DNA of 64,000 bases from Candidatus Eiseniibacteriota bacterium (lineage in GTDB: Bacteria; Eisenbacteria; RBG-16-71-46; CAVPCR01). A model generated the notes under the pieces. It had not been told where the DNA came from. It did not search any database and saw only the letters and a list, made by a program, of their open reading frames with translations. Shown piece by piece: positions 18,045-27,951 of the stretch (positions within the stretch are counted from its first letter, which is position 1; every line of letters starts with the position of its first letter). Both the position numbers and the translations under genes were made by a program. The stretch spans positions 1,312,001-1,376,000 of the forward strand of contig CAWGMA010000001.1 of NCBI GenBank assembly GCA_963823555.1, written 5' to 3'.

Positions 18045-19181
18045 CTACTGAGCGGCCGCGATCGCGAGCACCTGGTCGGCGACGTATTCGCGGTCCTGAT
18101 CCGCCAACTCGGGGAAGATCGGCAAGCACAGGTTCTCTGCGGCGGCGCGTTCGGCGCGCGGAAAGTCGCCGGGCTTGTGGCCGAGGCCGTGGAGCGCTTC
18201 CTGGAGCGGCAGGATACCGGGATAGTACACGGCCGTGCCGACCCCGCGCTCGGCGAGTGCGCTGGCGAAGCGATCGCGGTCGCGGACGCGCAGCGCATAT
18301 TGATTGTAGATGTGGTGGACGTTCGCCCGCTCGACGGGCGGCGTCACCCCCGACCCGGCGAGCCGGGTGGTGTAGGCATGGGCGTGGCGTCGTCGCTCCG
18401 CCGAGTAACGGGCGAGGTGAGGCAGCTTGACGAGCAGCATCGCTGCCTGCATGGCGTCGAGGCGGCTGTTGGTGCCGAGGATTCGTGTCACGTACTTCGG
18501 ACGCGATCCATGGACCCGGAGCAGCCGCAGCTTGTCGGCGAGCGCGTCATCGTTGGTGGTGATCATGCCCCCGTCGCCCAGACCGCCCAGGTTCTTCGTC
18601 GGGTAGAAGCTGAAGCACCCGAGATCACCCAGGCTACCGGCCGGCCGGCCGCGATCCGTGGCGCCGAGAGCCTGGGCCGCGTCCTCGATGACACCGATCT
18701 CCCGTGCGCGCGCCAGTTCGAGGATCGGGTCCATGTCGGCGCACTGACCGAAGAGGTGAACGGGCATGATGGCCCGGGTCCGCGGGGTGATCGCGGCCGC
18801 AAGCAGGGCCGGATCGAGATTCCAGGTGGCCGGGTCGATGTCGACGAAGACCGGTCGGGCGCCGACCAGCATGATCGCTCCGGCCGTGGCGAAGAAGCTG
18901 TAGGCGGAGGTCACGACCTCGTCGCCGGGTCCGATGTCCATGGCCCTGAGGCTCAGGATCAAGGCGTCGGTCCCGGAGGCCACGCCGACGGCGTGCTTGA
19001 CCGCGCAGAGCCGTGCGACCTCGGTTTCGAGAGCCCCGACCTTGGGCCCGAGAATGAACGCGCCCGAATCGATCACCTCGCGGACGGCAGATTCGAGCTC
19101 GCTCTTCAGGGCCTCGTGCTGGGCCCTGAGATCCATGGCCGGCACTTTCCTCAGGGGTGGAGCCGGCATCGATTGCGACAT
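18045..19181 (-). CDS. DegT/DnrJ/EryC1/StrS aminotransferase (WbpE/PorR-like)
   Basis: SGTDAL, EDAAQALG, SFYPTKNLG..GDGG, NSRLD; in operon with oxidoreductase and acetyltransferase. Confidence 0.92.
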   Translation of the reverse strand: MSQSMPAPPLRKVPAMDLRAQHEALKSELESAVREVIDSGAFILGPKVGALETEVARLCAVKHAVGVASGTDALILSLRAMDIGPGDEVVTSAYSFFATAGAIMLVGARPVFVDIDPATWNLDPALLAAAITPRTRAIMPVHLFGQCADMDPILELARAREIGVIEDAAQALGATDRGRPAGSLGDLGCFSFYPTKNLGGLGDGGMITTNDDALADKLRLLRVHGSRPKYVTRILGTNSRLDAMQAAMLLVKLPHLARYSAERRRHAHAYTTRLAGSGVTPPVERANVHHIYNQYALRVRDRDRFASALAERGVGTAVYYPGILPLQEALHGLGHKPGDFPRAERAAAENLCLPIFPELADQDREYVADQVLAIAAAQ

Positions 19182-19250
19182 GTCATCCTCGCTCTAGGCG
19201 GCCGGGTGCGGGCCGCACCGGTTCGGATCCTTGCGGGTTGCGGGCGGGAT

Positions 19251-20042
19251 CTAGCTCCAGCCCTTCTTGACATCTTCCCAGATCTGCTGGTCCAGGAGCT
19301 CGGCCGTGGCCACATCGCGGACGACGCGCGCCGGGGAGCCCATGACCAGTTTACCCGCTGGCACATCGCGGGTGACGACCGAGCCGGCGGCGACGACGCC
19401 GTCCGCTTCGATGGTGATCCCGGGCAGGATGACGGCGGCGAGCCCGATGCGGCCCCCACGACGGATGGTGACTCCCTTGAAGTGTTTGAGCCGCTCTTCG
19501 GTGCGGCCCATGAAGCGGTCGTTGGATGTGGCTACCATGGGGGCCACGAACACGCGGTTCTCGATCACCGAATAGGCCGTGATGTAGGAGCCCGTCTCGA
19601 GCTTCACATAGCCACCGATCACGCAGTCGTTCTCGACCGTGACGGCTCGCCCGACGATGGTCCGATCTCCAATCGTGACGCGCTCGCGCACAGCGGCACC
19701 GTCGGCCACCAGCACTCGGGCTCCAAGCCGGGCGCCGCGATAGATCACGCTCCCGGTGCCGATGATCGTCCCGTCCCCGATGCGCAGCGCTTCGAGCTGT
19801 GCCTCGCGCGTCACTGCGGTGTTGGCTGCGCGCATCGGCTCCTTGCCGAGGACGGAATGATCATCGATACGCACCCCCGCCCCGATCTCGGTGTCGCGAT
19901 GGACGACGACGCCATGGCCGAGCACCGAGCCGGCGCCGATCCTGGCGCCGGCGGCGATCACACAGAAGGACCCGAGGCGAACGTCGGCGGCGATCGTGGC
20001 CGTGGGGTCGATGCTCTCCGAGCGTGGCGTGTCGTGGCTCAT
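19251..20042 (-). CDS. Hexapeptide-repeat N-acetyltransferase (WbpD-like)
   Basis: Left-handed beta-helix repeats, VAAGSVVTRDVP...GSPAR; GAGGA RBS before ATG 20042. Confidence 0.88.
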   Translation of the reverse strand: MSHDTPRSESIDPTATIAADVRLGSFCVIAAGARIGAGSVLGHGVVVHRDTEIGAGVRIDDHSVLGKEPMRAANTAVTREAQLEALRIGDGTIIGTGSVIYRGARLGARVLVADGAAVRERVTIGDRTIVGRAVTVENDCVIGGYVKLETGSYITAYSVIENRVFVAPMVATSNDRFMGRTEERLKHFKGVTIRRGGRIGLAAVILPGITIEADGVVAAGSVVTRDVPAGKLVMGSPARVVRDVATAELLDQQIWEDVKKGWS

Positions 20043-20058
20043 GTCGTCCTCTGTTGCG

Positions 20059-21162
20059 TCAGCGGCGGTCCGAGGAAGCCCGGTCGAGGGCGTCTGTGGC
20101 CTCGAGCCGTACCGGCGCTCCCCCACCCGCCAGCGAGTGCGCGGCCGCTTCCAGCACGCGCACGACCCTGAGCCCGTCCACGCCGCTGGCGCGGGGCGAG
20201 CTTCCGGTCGCCACGGCAGTCACGAAATCGCGGCACTCCAGCTCGAGAGGCTCCCGCATCGTGATCTGCGGGATCAAGATGTCCCCGAAGCGGAGCGTCA
20301 GGGCGTCCTTGTACTCGAGGACTCCCCCGGCGGTGCTGCCAACGCCCTTGTCGTAGATGCGGATCTTCTCGGTGGACTCCATGTCATCGAAGACCACCAT
20401 CTTGCGCGATCCAACGAGGGTCAGCCGCCTGAGCTTGTGCGGGTCGAGCCAGCTCAGATGGATGTGCGCAAGCTGTCCCGTGGGGAACTCGAGGTGAAGG
20501 AAGACGACATCCTCGAGATCGGGCTGCAGGTAAGCATGTCCCATGGCCGAGACCGTCGTCGGCATGGCACCGAGCAAGTCGAGGACGACCGAGACATCGT
20601 GGGGACCGAAGCTCCAGAGGGCGTTCTCGTCCTGGCGGATCTTGCCGAGGTTCACCCGCTGGGCGTAGAGGTAGCGAATCTCGCCCAGGTCGCGGGAAGC
20701 GATCAGCTGGCGCAGCTTCTCCACGGCGGGGTGGTAAATGAGCAGGTGTCCCACCATGAGTACCAGCCCGCGCTCGCTGGCTAGCTCGACCAGGTGCTGG
20801 GCGTCACGACTCGATTGTGCCAGCGGCTTCTCGACCAGGACGTGCTTTCCCGCTTCGAGGGCGGCGCGTGCTACCGCGTAGTGCTGGGAGGAGGTGGTGG
20901 CGACTGCCACCGCCTCGATCTCGGGGTCACGGAGGAGGTCTTCGGGATCGGTCGTGAAGCTGGACCGCGGATACAGGCTCTTGAGCGGTGCCAGAGCCTC
21001 CGGTCGAACGTCGGCGAGGCCACGCAGATCCCCGGCCCGGGCCAGGTTGCGGATCAAGTTGCGTCCCCAGTCCCCGGTGCCGATGGCTCCCAGGCGGACC
21101 GGAGTGGTCCTGGTTGGGGCTGGCGGCGACTGCGGGCCTGGGGGCGGTGGATTCGTGGTCAC
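20059..21162 (-). CDS. Gfo/Idh/MocA NAD-dependent oxidoreductase (WbpB-like)
   Basis: IGTGDWG, GKHVLVEKP, GPHD; GTG start with GAGGAG RBS. Confidence 0.9.
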   Translation of the reverse strand: MTTNPPPPGPQSPPAPTRTTPVRLGAIGTGDWGRNLIRNLARAGDLRGLADVRPEALAPLKSLYPRSSFTTDPEDLLRDPEIEAVAVATTSSQHYAVARAALEAGKHVLVEKPLAQSSRDAQHLVELASERGLVLMVGHLLIYHPAVEKLRQLIASRDLGEIRYLYAQRVNLGKIRQDENALWSFGPHDVSVVLDLLGAMPTTVSAMGHAYLQPDLEDVVFLHLEFPTGQLAHIHLSWLDPHKLRRLTLVGSRKMVVFDDMESTEKIRIYDKGVGSTAGGVLEYKDALTLRFGDILIPQITMREPLELECRDFVTAVATGSSPRASGVDGLRVVRVLEAAAHSLAGGGAPVRLEATDALDRASSDRR

Positions 21163-21234
21163 GCGTTCTCCTCGCAGACACGCCGACGGGCTCATCCCCT
21201 GGGGTGGCAGCCGGTTCGCGACGATGGGCCGGCC

Positions 21235-21263
21235 ACGCTACCACCGCACCGGGGGATCGTCAA
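21235..21263 (-). promoter_or_regulatory. Sigma70-type promoter of the wbpB-like operon (TTGACG-N17-TAGCGT)
   Basis: Good -35, TGn-extended -10, 17-nt spacer, ~70 nt before the start codon. Confidence 0.55.
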
Positions 21264-21396
21264 TCCGAGCGCTTGGTCTCGATGATTCGCTGCGCGCTCG
21301 CCCGCCGGCTCGCTGGACACCGTGCCTCCAAAGCGCGACCCGGCGGGACGGCTCAAGCCGCCCCGCCGGGTCGCGTCCCACCCTCTCCGGTCCGGA

Positions 21397-22851
<1,455 letters not shown>

Positions 22852-23120
22852 GAAAGTGGACTCCTCCCGGCGTTCACGCCATGTTGAGGACTTTGTCAGT
22901 TGCCCGGGCTGGCGCCCGACGCCATGGCGGTCGTGCGGGCGTGAGTGTGATTACGCTCATGTTATCGGTGCGTGCGGGAGAGAGCTGAAGGCAGGAGGGG
23001 GAAGTGGCGCAGTGCGTGCTAATGCCGGGGGATGCTCTGGAACGAGACAGAATGGAAGGCCGACGAGGGTGCCAGGAGTCGGAGCCGATGGGGGCCGGGG
23101 TGGTGCTGGCACACAAACAA

Positions 23121-23150
23121 CCGAGGCCCAGTGCAAGCACCGGGCCTCGG
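23121..23150. repeat. 30-bp imperfect palindrome containing a -24/-12-like element
   Basis: CCGAGGCCC-A-GTGC-AA-GCAC-C-GGGCCTCGG; - strand reads AGGCCC-GGTGC-TTGCA. Confidence 0.55.
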
Positions 23151-23324
23151 CGGATGGAAAGGCGCGCTCAGCTGCCCTTGCGGCTGAGCGAGGCGGAGCG
23201 GGGCCGTGCTGGCCCCCGCTCCGCCGGACCCCTGGCTAGCTGGCCGCGAGTTCGCTCGGGAACTCGCCGCCGCGCACGCCGGCTCCGGGTTGTGCCTACA
23301 GACCTTCCCGGTCGGCGTGCAGGA

Positions 23325-23594
23325 TCACGGGTGATTGGACACGGGGCATTGGTACAACAAAGAAGGTGCGGGTGCGGAGGGCGCAGTGACCTCCGTCTCC
23401 CCCGTCGGCGCCTGCGCCACTGCCGCACCCTCGACTCCGGAGCCCCCGCTGAGTGCGCTCCGGAAGTCATCCCAGTCGACCCTGAGGATCGACGCCAAGA
23501 CCACGATGAAACTGATCACGATGGCGGCCTCGAGAACGCTGGCGAGCATCGCCAAGAGGCTGTTGTGATGGATTGGGATGGCGTTCTCGCGCAT
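23325..23594 (-). CDS. Small single-TM hypothetical protein (pilin-like helix)
   Basis: MRENAIP...LASVLEAAIVISFIVVLASIL; GGAG RBS; starts 18 nt after the CpaE-like stop. Confidence 0.55.
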   Translation of the reverse strand: MRENAIPIHHNSLLAMLASVLEAAIVISFIVVLASILRVDWDDFRSALSGGSGVEGAAVAQAPTGETEVTAPSAPAPSLLYQCPVSNHP

Positions 23595-23611
23595 GGTTGC
23601 TCCGGTCTCCC

Positions 23612-24949
23612 TCATGACGGCTGCAGTAGGCGCTTGAGGAGGCCCTGCTGCGCCTTCTCGACGGCCGCCGCGCGTGAGGGACCGACCTCGCTGAAGACTA
23701 CGGCCAGGGTCCGGAGACTGTCCGCCAGCTCTGTCTTCGGTCCTACATCCTCCACCGGGACGCCGGCATTGATGGCGGCGAAGGCGGTCGCATGGTCGTC
23801 GGGCACGTGCCAGAACACCGGAATGCCGAACGCCTGCTCGAGCTGTTCGTTGACCCTGGCGGCCCGGTGCCGGTTGAGCACGAGTCGCAGGCGGCTGGCG
23901 TGCCCGAGTCGTGTGAAGGTCTCGATCGCGCGCCGCGTGTTCCGAATCGCCGGCAGGTCCAGGGTGGTGACGAGTAGGATGTGGTCGGCCAGGTCGAGCG
24001 CTTCGGCCGTGCGCGCGTCGAATCTCCGGGCCAGGTCGAGGACGATGTGCCCATAGGCACTCCGCAACTGGGTGAGCACGCGGGCGATTTCGCCGGGCGC
24101 GAGTCGATCCACCGCCGCGGCGTCGGCCGGCTGGGCGAGCATGTGAAGTCCCGAACGGTGGCGAATCAGGGGGGACTCGAGCGCCTCGAGGTCGAGGTTG
24201 CCCATCCGGCTCTGGTCGGCGAGATCGACAATCGAACGTTCGGCCTTCACGTTCAGATAGGTGTCCACATCGCCGAGTTCGAGGTTCAGATCGACGATCG
24301 CCGTCCGTCTCTCTTGCCGCGAAAGAAGGACCGCGAGATTGGTGGCCAGGAACGTCGCTCCGAGGCCACCCTTGGCGGCGAAGACGGCGATGATCTGTCC
24401 GGCTGTCCTCTCCACGTCCGTCGTATCCGCCTTGTCGGCAAGCAGGCGGCCCATGGCCTCCCCGACCTCGGAACGGTCCAGAGGTCGAGTCAGCACTTCC
24501 CGAATGCCGGCGCGAAGACCTTGCTTCAAGAGAGCTGGAGCGATGGTCTCGGCGCAGACCAGGATCGTGGTCTGGCGCCGGGCTTCGAGGGTCCTCTCGG
24601 CGAAGGCAAGGGTGGACGCCGGTGTGTCGAGACCGACGAGCACCAGATCCGGCATCTCGCTGAGGACCGCCGCGAACCCTTCCTCGGGTGTCTCGGCCTG
24701 GGCCGCGACGGCAACGCCACGGAGCTCGTCCAGGATGGCAACCGCCTGGGCGCGGAACGCCTGGTTCGATTCCACGATGACGGTGCGAAGCCGAGGCGCT
24801 GCCTTGCGGATGCGCTCGGCTGCTGAGAGGGCGGCCCCTCGCTCGGGGGGGGCGTGCGGAGAACCATCGGAGTGTGAAGGCGACTCTCCTGTCGCCACGA
24901 GGCGGAGGACCCTGCCCCCGACTTCTGCGGACTTCGGCAGCTGGCCCAC
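23612..24949 (-). CDS. CpaE/TadZ-like receiver-domain + ParA/MinD-type ATPase
   Basis: Degenerate REC (PDLVLVGL, no phospho-Asp), deviant Walker A AKGGLGAT, VDL.LELGD, IVLDL, LVLNR; start uncertain (GTG 24949 with GGAGAGG). Confidence 0.8.
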   Translation of the reverse strand: MGQLPKSAEVGGRVLRLVATGESPSHSDGSPHAPPERGAALSAAERIRKAAPRLRTVIVESNQAFRAQAVAILDELRGVAVAAQAETPEEGFAAVLSEMPDLVLVGLDTPASTLAFAERTLEARRQTTILVCAETIAPALLKQGLRAGIREVLTRPLDRSEVGEAMGRLLADKADTTDVERTAGQIIAVFAAKGGLGATFLATNLAVLLSRQERRTAIVDLNLELGDVDTYLNVKAERSIVDLADQSRMGNLDLEALESPLIRHRSGLHMLAQPADAAAVDRLAPGEIARVLTQLRSAYGHIVLDLARRFDARTAEALDLADHILLVTTLDLPAIRNTRRAIETFTRLGHASRLRLVLNRHRAARVNEQLEQAFGIPVFWHVPDDHATAFAAINAGVPVEDVGPKTELADSLRTLAVVFSEVGPSRAAAVEKAQQGLLKRLLQPS

Positions 24950-25817
24950 TTGGGTGCCTCTCCCGGATGGGGCGCCGGCGGGCGAAGCGGGATGCCACAG
25001 CGGAGCGGAGTTCCGCCCGTCCCTTCCCGGCGCCACATTCCGTGGAGAGTGAATGATCACCATGGCCTCATCCTGTTGCGGGCGGCGGGGGGAGCCGAGC
25101 CTCTCGCTCTCGGCTCCCGGCCCCCGGAACCCATCCATCCCTGGCCCCAGGTTCACTGGCGACCGTTTCCCCCGCCAGCCTGCGTTCTCCGACGGCCGGG
25201 CCCAACAGGTCCCGACCTCTCCATGTCGTGCCCGAATCGCGGCCACCCGGTCCACACCCTGCCCGTCATGCGCGCCCCGACTCGGGCACCAGCCTCCTGC
25301 AGCCAACGAACCGGTAGGGCACTAGCCGCAAACCACCTGGGCTCACGGCGGCTGTCAGCCTCACCAGGCAGACAGCCACATCAGTCGTGGGGCACTAAGG
25401 GGCACTGGCGCGATGCGTCCATCGCCGGGGCACGGTCCATCGGTCATGCTCGTTGCGTCGTCGCGCGCCGAGCCCTCAGCGGCCCTCCTCTTTCACGCCT
25501 GGTCGCCGCCGGCGGGAGGCAGCCGCGGTGCTTCTTCGGGATGGGCCTGCCTCCAGCGAGCGCCAATGTGGGTCCAGGCCCAGCAAACCCCAACGGGAAA
25601 TTTGTCATTTCATGGCAACGCGCCATATCACCATGGTTTGCATGATAGTCATGAGATATGACTGCAGGTCATGAAGAGGTGGCCCTGTGGCCCCAGGTCC
25701 GGCATGTGCGCGGTAACTAGTTGTGGAATCGACGGATGATGTTCGTAGGCGGCAGTGGAGTGCGGGTAAACGGCCGTGTATATGGCCGAAAAGATGAGAG
25801 ATAGGCCCTAGCCGCGG

Positions 25818-26594
25818 CTAGCGGGCGCCGCGGCGCGTGATCATGACGACCACGGTACGGGCGAGGATTCGGAGGTCGGTGAAGATGCTGTGGCTGCGGA
25901 TATAAGCGAGGTCGTACTCGAGCTTCTGGCGGACGTCGTCCTCTGAGGCGTCATAGCGGTGCTCGACCTGGGCCAGGCCGGTGATACCTGGTGGAACGCG
26001 GAGGCGGGACCTGTACTGGGGAATGTGCTTGGCGAAACGGTTGACGAAGAAGGGGCGCTCGGGACGGGGGCCGACGAGGCTCATGTCTCCACGGAGCACA
26101 TTCCACAGCTGGGGAATCTCGTCGAGGCGGGTGGCGCGAAGGACGGCTCCGACACGGGTGATGCGAGGATCGTCCTTGAGGGCCCAGGTTGGCCCGGCTT
26201 CGTGCTCGGCATCGGCCACCATGGTGCGGAACTTGTAGATGTCGAAGCGGAGGCCCTCGGCCTCGAGATGGCGTCGGCCGAACCGCCGCTGGTCGCTGGA
26301 GAGTGACGCAGGACTCCGACGCCGGACCGCCCGTCGCCGGTTGAGCCCCACCCGCTCCTGGCGGTAGATGACCGGCCCCGGGGAATCGATGCGGATCGCT
26401 GCCGCGATGATGAGCGAGATGGGGGCGCAGATACCCATGAGCGAGACCGCGCCGACAATGTCCACGACCCTTTTCGCCATCGAGAGGTGAACCGAGGGGT
26501 CGCCCGTCGCCACGTGATCCGCAACCATCTGCACGGGCGCAGCGGTGGCTGCGTCTTCACGTGGCCAGGAGGCTTCGTTGGCAGATCGGGACAT
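25818..26594 (-). CDS. Priming phosphoglycosyl transferase (bacterial sugar transferase family), copy 1
   Basis: [51 protein letters not shown]. Confidence 0.92.
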   Translation of the reverse strand: MSRSANEASWPREDAATAAPVQMVADHVATGDPSVHLSMAKRVVDIVGAVSLMGICAPISLIIAAAIRIDSPGPVIYRQERVGLNRRRAVRRRSPASLSSDQRRFGRRHLEAEGLRFDIYKFRTMVADAEHEAGPTWALKDDPRITRVGAVLRATRLDEIPQLWNVLRGDMSLVGPRPERPFFVNRFAKHIPQYRSRLRVPPGITGLAQVEHRYDASEDDVRQKLEYDLAYIRSHSIFTDLRILARTVVVMITRRGAR

Positions 26595-26659
26595 GGCTTG
26601 GGATCCTCGTGTCAGCTCCGCGCCGCGGTGGCAGCGCGGGGGGTATCGGTTTCCCCCTC

Positions 26660-26675
26660 TGCAATGGCGATGCCA
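26660..26675 (-). promoter_or_regulatory. Sigma54 (-24/-12) promoter of sugar transferase copy 1
   Basis: TGGCAT-CGCCA-TTGCA, near-perfect match to TGGCAC-N5-TTGCW, ~65 nt upstream of ATG. Confidence 0.75.
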
Positions 26676-26894
26676 GCGGAGGGACCGGATTGGAGTCCGT
26701 GACAGGAAAGTGCGATGACCACAATCGTTTTGATGAATGGGACTTGGGAAGAGTAGCCGAGGTCTGCGGGGAGAGCGGGAGGTGGAAGGAGGCCGGAAGC
26801 TGGGGCGAATCCCGCCAACTCTCTGGGCCAGCAGGCGCACCAGGCGGACGAGCGACGGCTGCCTGAGGGTGGCGCCCCGAACGGAGAAGGCTGG

Positions 26895-27602
26895 CTAGCG
26901 GGCTCCCCGGCGGCTGATCACGACCTGTACGGTGCGAAAGAGGATCTGGACGTCTGTCGTAAGGCGACAGTTTTCTATATAGCGAAGGTCGAAGTCGAGC
27001 TTGTCCCGGACATCTTCCTCGCAACCATCGTAGCTCTGTTCGACCTGCGCCAATCCAGTGATGCCGGGGAGGGCGCGCAGGCGATTTGTATAGCCCGGGA
27101 TGCGCCGCGCGAAGCGGCCCACGAAATGAGGACGTTCGGGGCGTGGTCCGACCAGGCTCATCTCTCCCCGAAGGACGTTCCAGAGCTGGGGTAGTTCATC
27201 GAGGCGCAGGAGCCGCAGCCACTTCCCGATCCGCGTCACGCGTGGATCGTTCTGCAGGGCCCATACCGGGCCGATCCCGTCCTCCGCGCCCACGACCATG
27301 GTCCGGAACTTGTGGATACGGAAGAGCCTGCCTTCGGAGAGGATGCGGCGACGATCCGAGCGCCGTTGCTCGGCCTGGACCGGAATGTGGTCACGCCGCC
27401 GCTCGCGGTGGCGCCGGTTCAAACCCACGCGAATCTGGTGGTAGAGGACCGGCCCTGGGGAGTCGATGACAACCGCCAGCGCCACGAGGGCGAATAAGGG
27501 CAGCAAGATGATGAGCAGGAATCCCGACATGACGATATCGAACAGCCGTTTGGCGAGAACGGTGTTGAAGGGCACGCGAGCGACGGCGCCCGACGTCGTC
27601 AT
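26895..27602 (-). CDS. Priming phosphoglycosyl transferase, copy 2
   Basis: [51 protein letters not shown]; start uncertain. Confidence 0.92.
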   Translation of the reverse strand: MTTSGAVARVPFNTVLAKRLFDIVMSGFLLIILLPLFALVALAVVIDSPGPVLYHQIRVGLNRRHRERRRDHIPVQAEQRRSDRRRILSEGRLFRIHKFRTMVVGAEDGIGPVWALQNDPRVTRIGKWLRLLRLDELPQLWNVLRGEMSLVGPRPERPHFVGRFARRIPGYTNRLRALPGITGLAQVEQSYDGCEEDVRDKLDFDLRYIENCRLTTDVQILFRTVQVVISRRGAR

Positions 27603-27951
27603 GCCAGGAGAGCTCGACTCCCTATCGGGGGATAGCGATATCAAGGTCGTCGGACCTCTCTCGGATGTCTTGGCTGGGATGTCTAGCCGAAGCCTTGGAG
27701 CGGGAACCGGATGGGGCGACCCGGGAGAGCACTCCCGCTCGGTCTCAAGTCTCAAGTGTTCTGCTCAGCGACCCCGCGCCGCCGACCAGTCTTCTGAGTC
27801 CTGCTCTGCCGAGCTGGACACCACGCGCAGGTCAAGATACCACCCGAGCGCATGGGTGCTGCGACTACATCTACAGCTAGAGGCTACCAGAACTGGGAGC
27901 CTCTTTGCAACTGGGACTCATGACCATCGGCCTGGCCGGGCAGGGCCAGGG

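Noticed and set aside
23595..24998. 557-aa ORF 23325-24998
   Set aside because: Only the last 89 aa look protein-like; the rest shadows the CpaE-like gene
25300..25380. CGCAAACCAC...GACAGCC segment reminiscent of a c-di-GMP-I riboswitch, with a hairpin at 25350-25377
   Set aside because: On the strand opposite the flanking genes, and I cannot find the P1/GNRA elements; needs an Infernal scan
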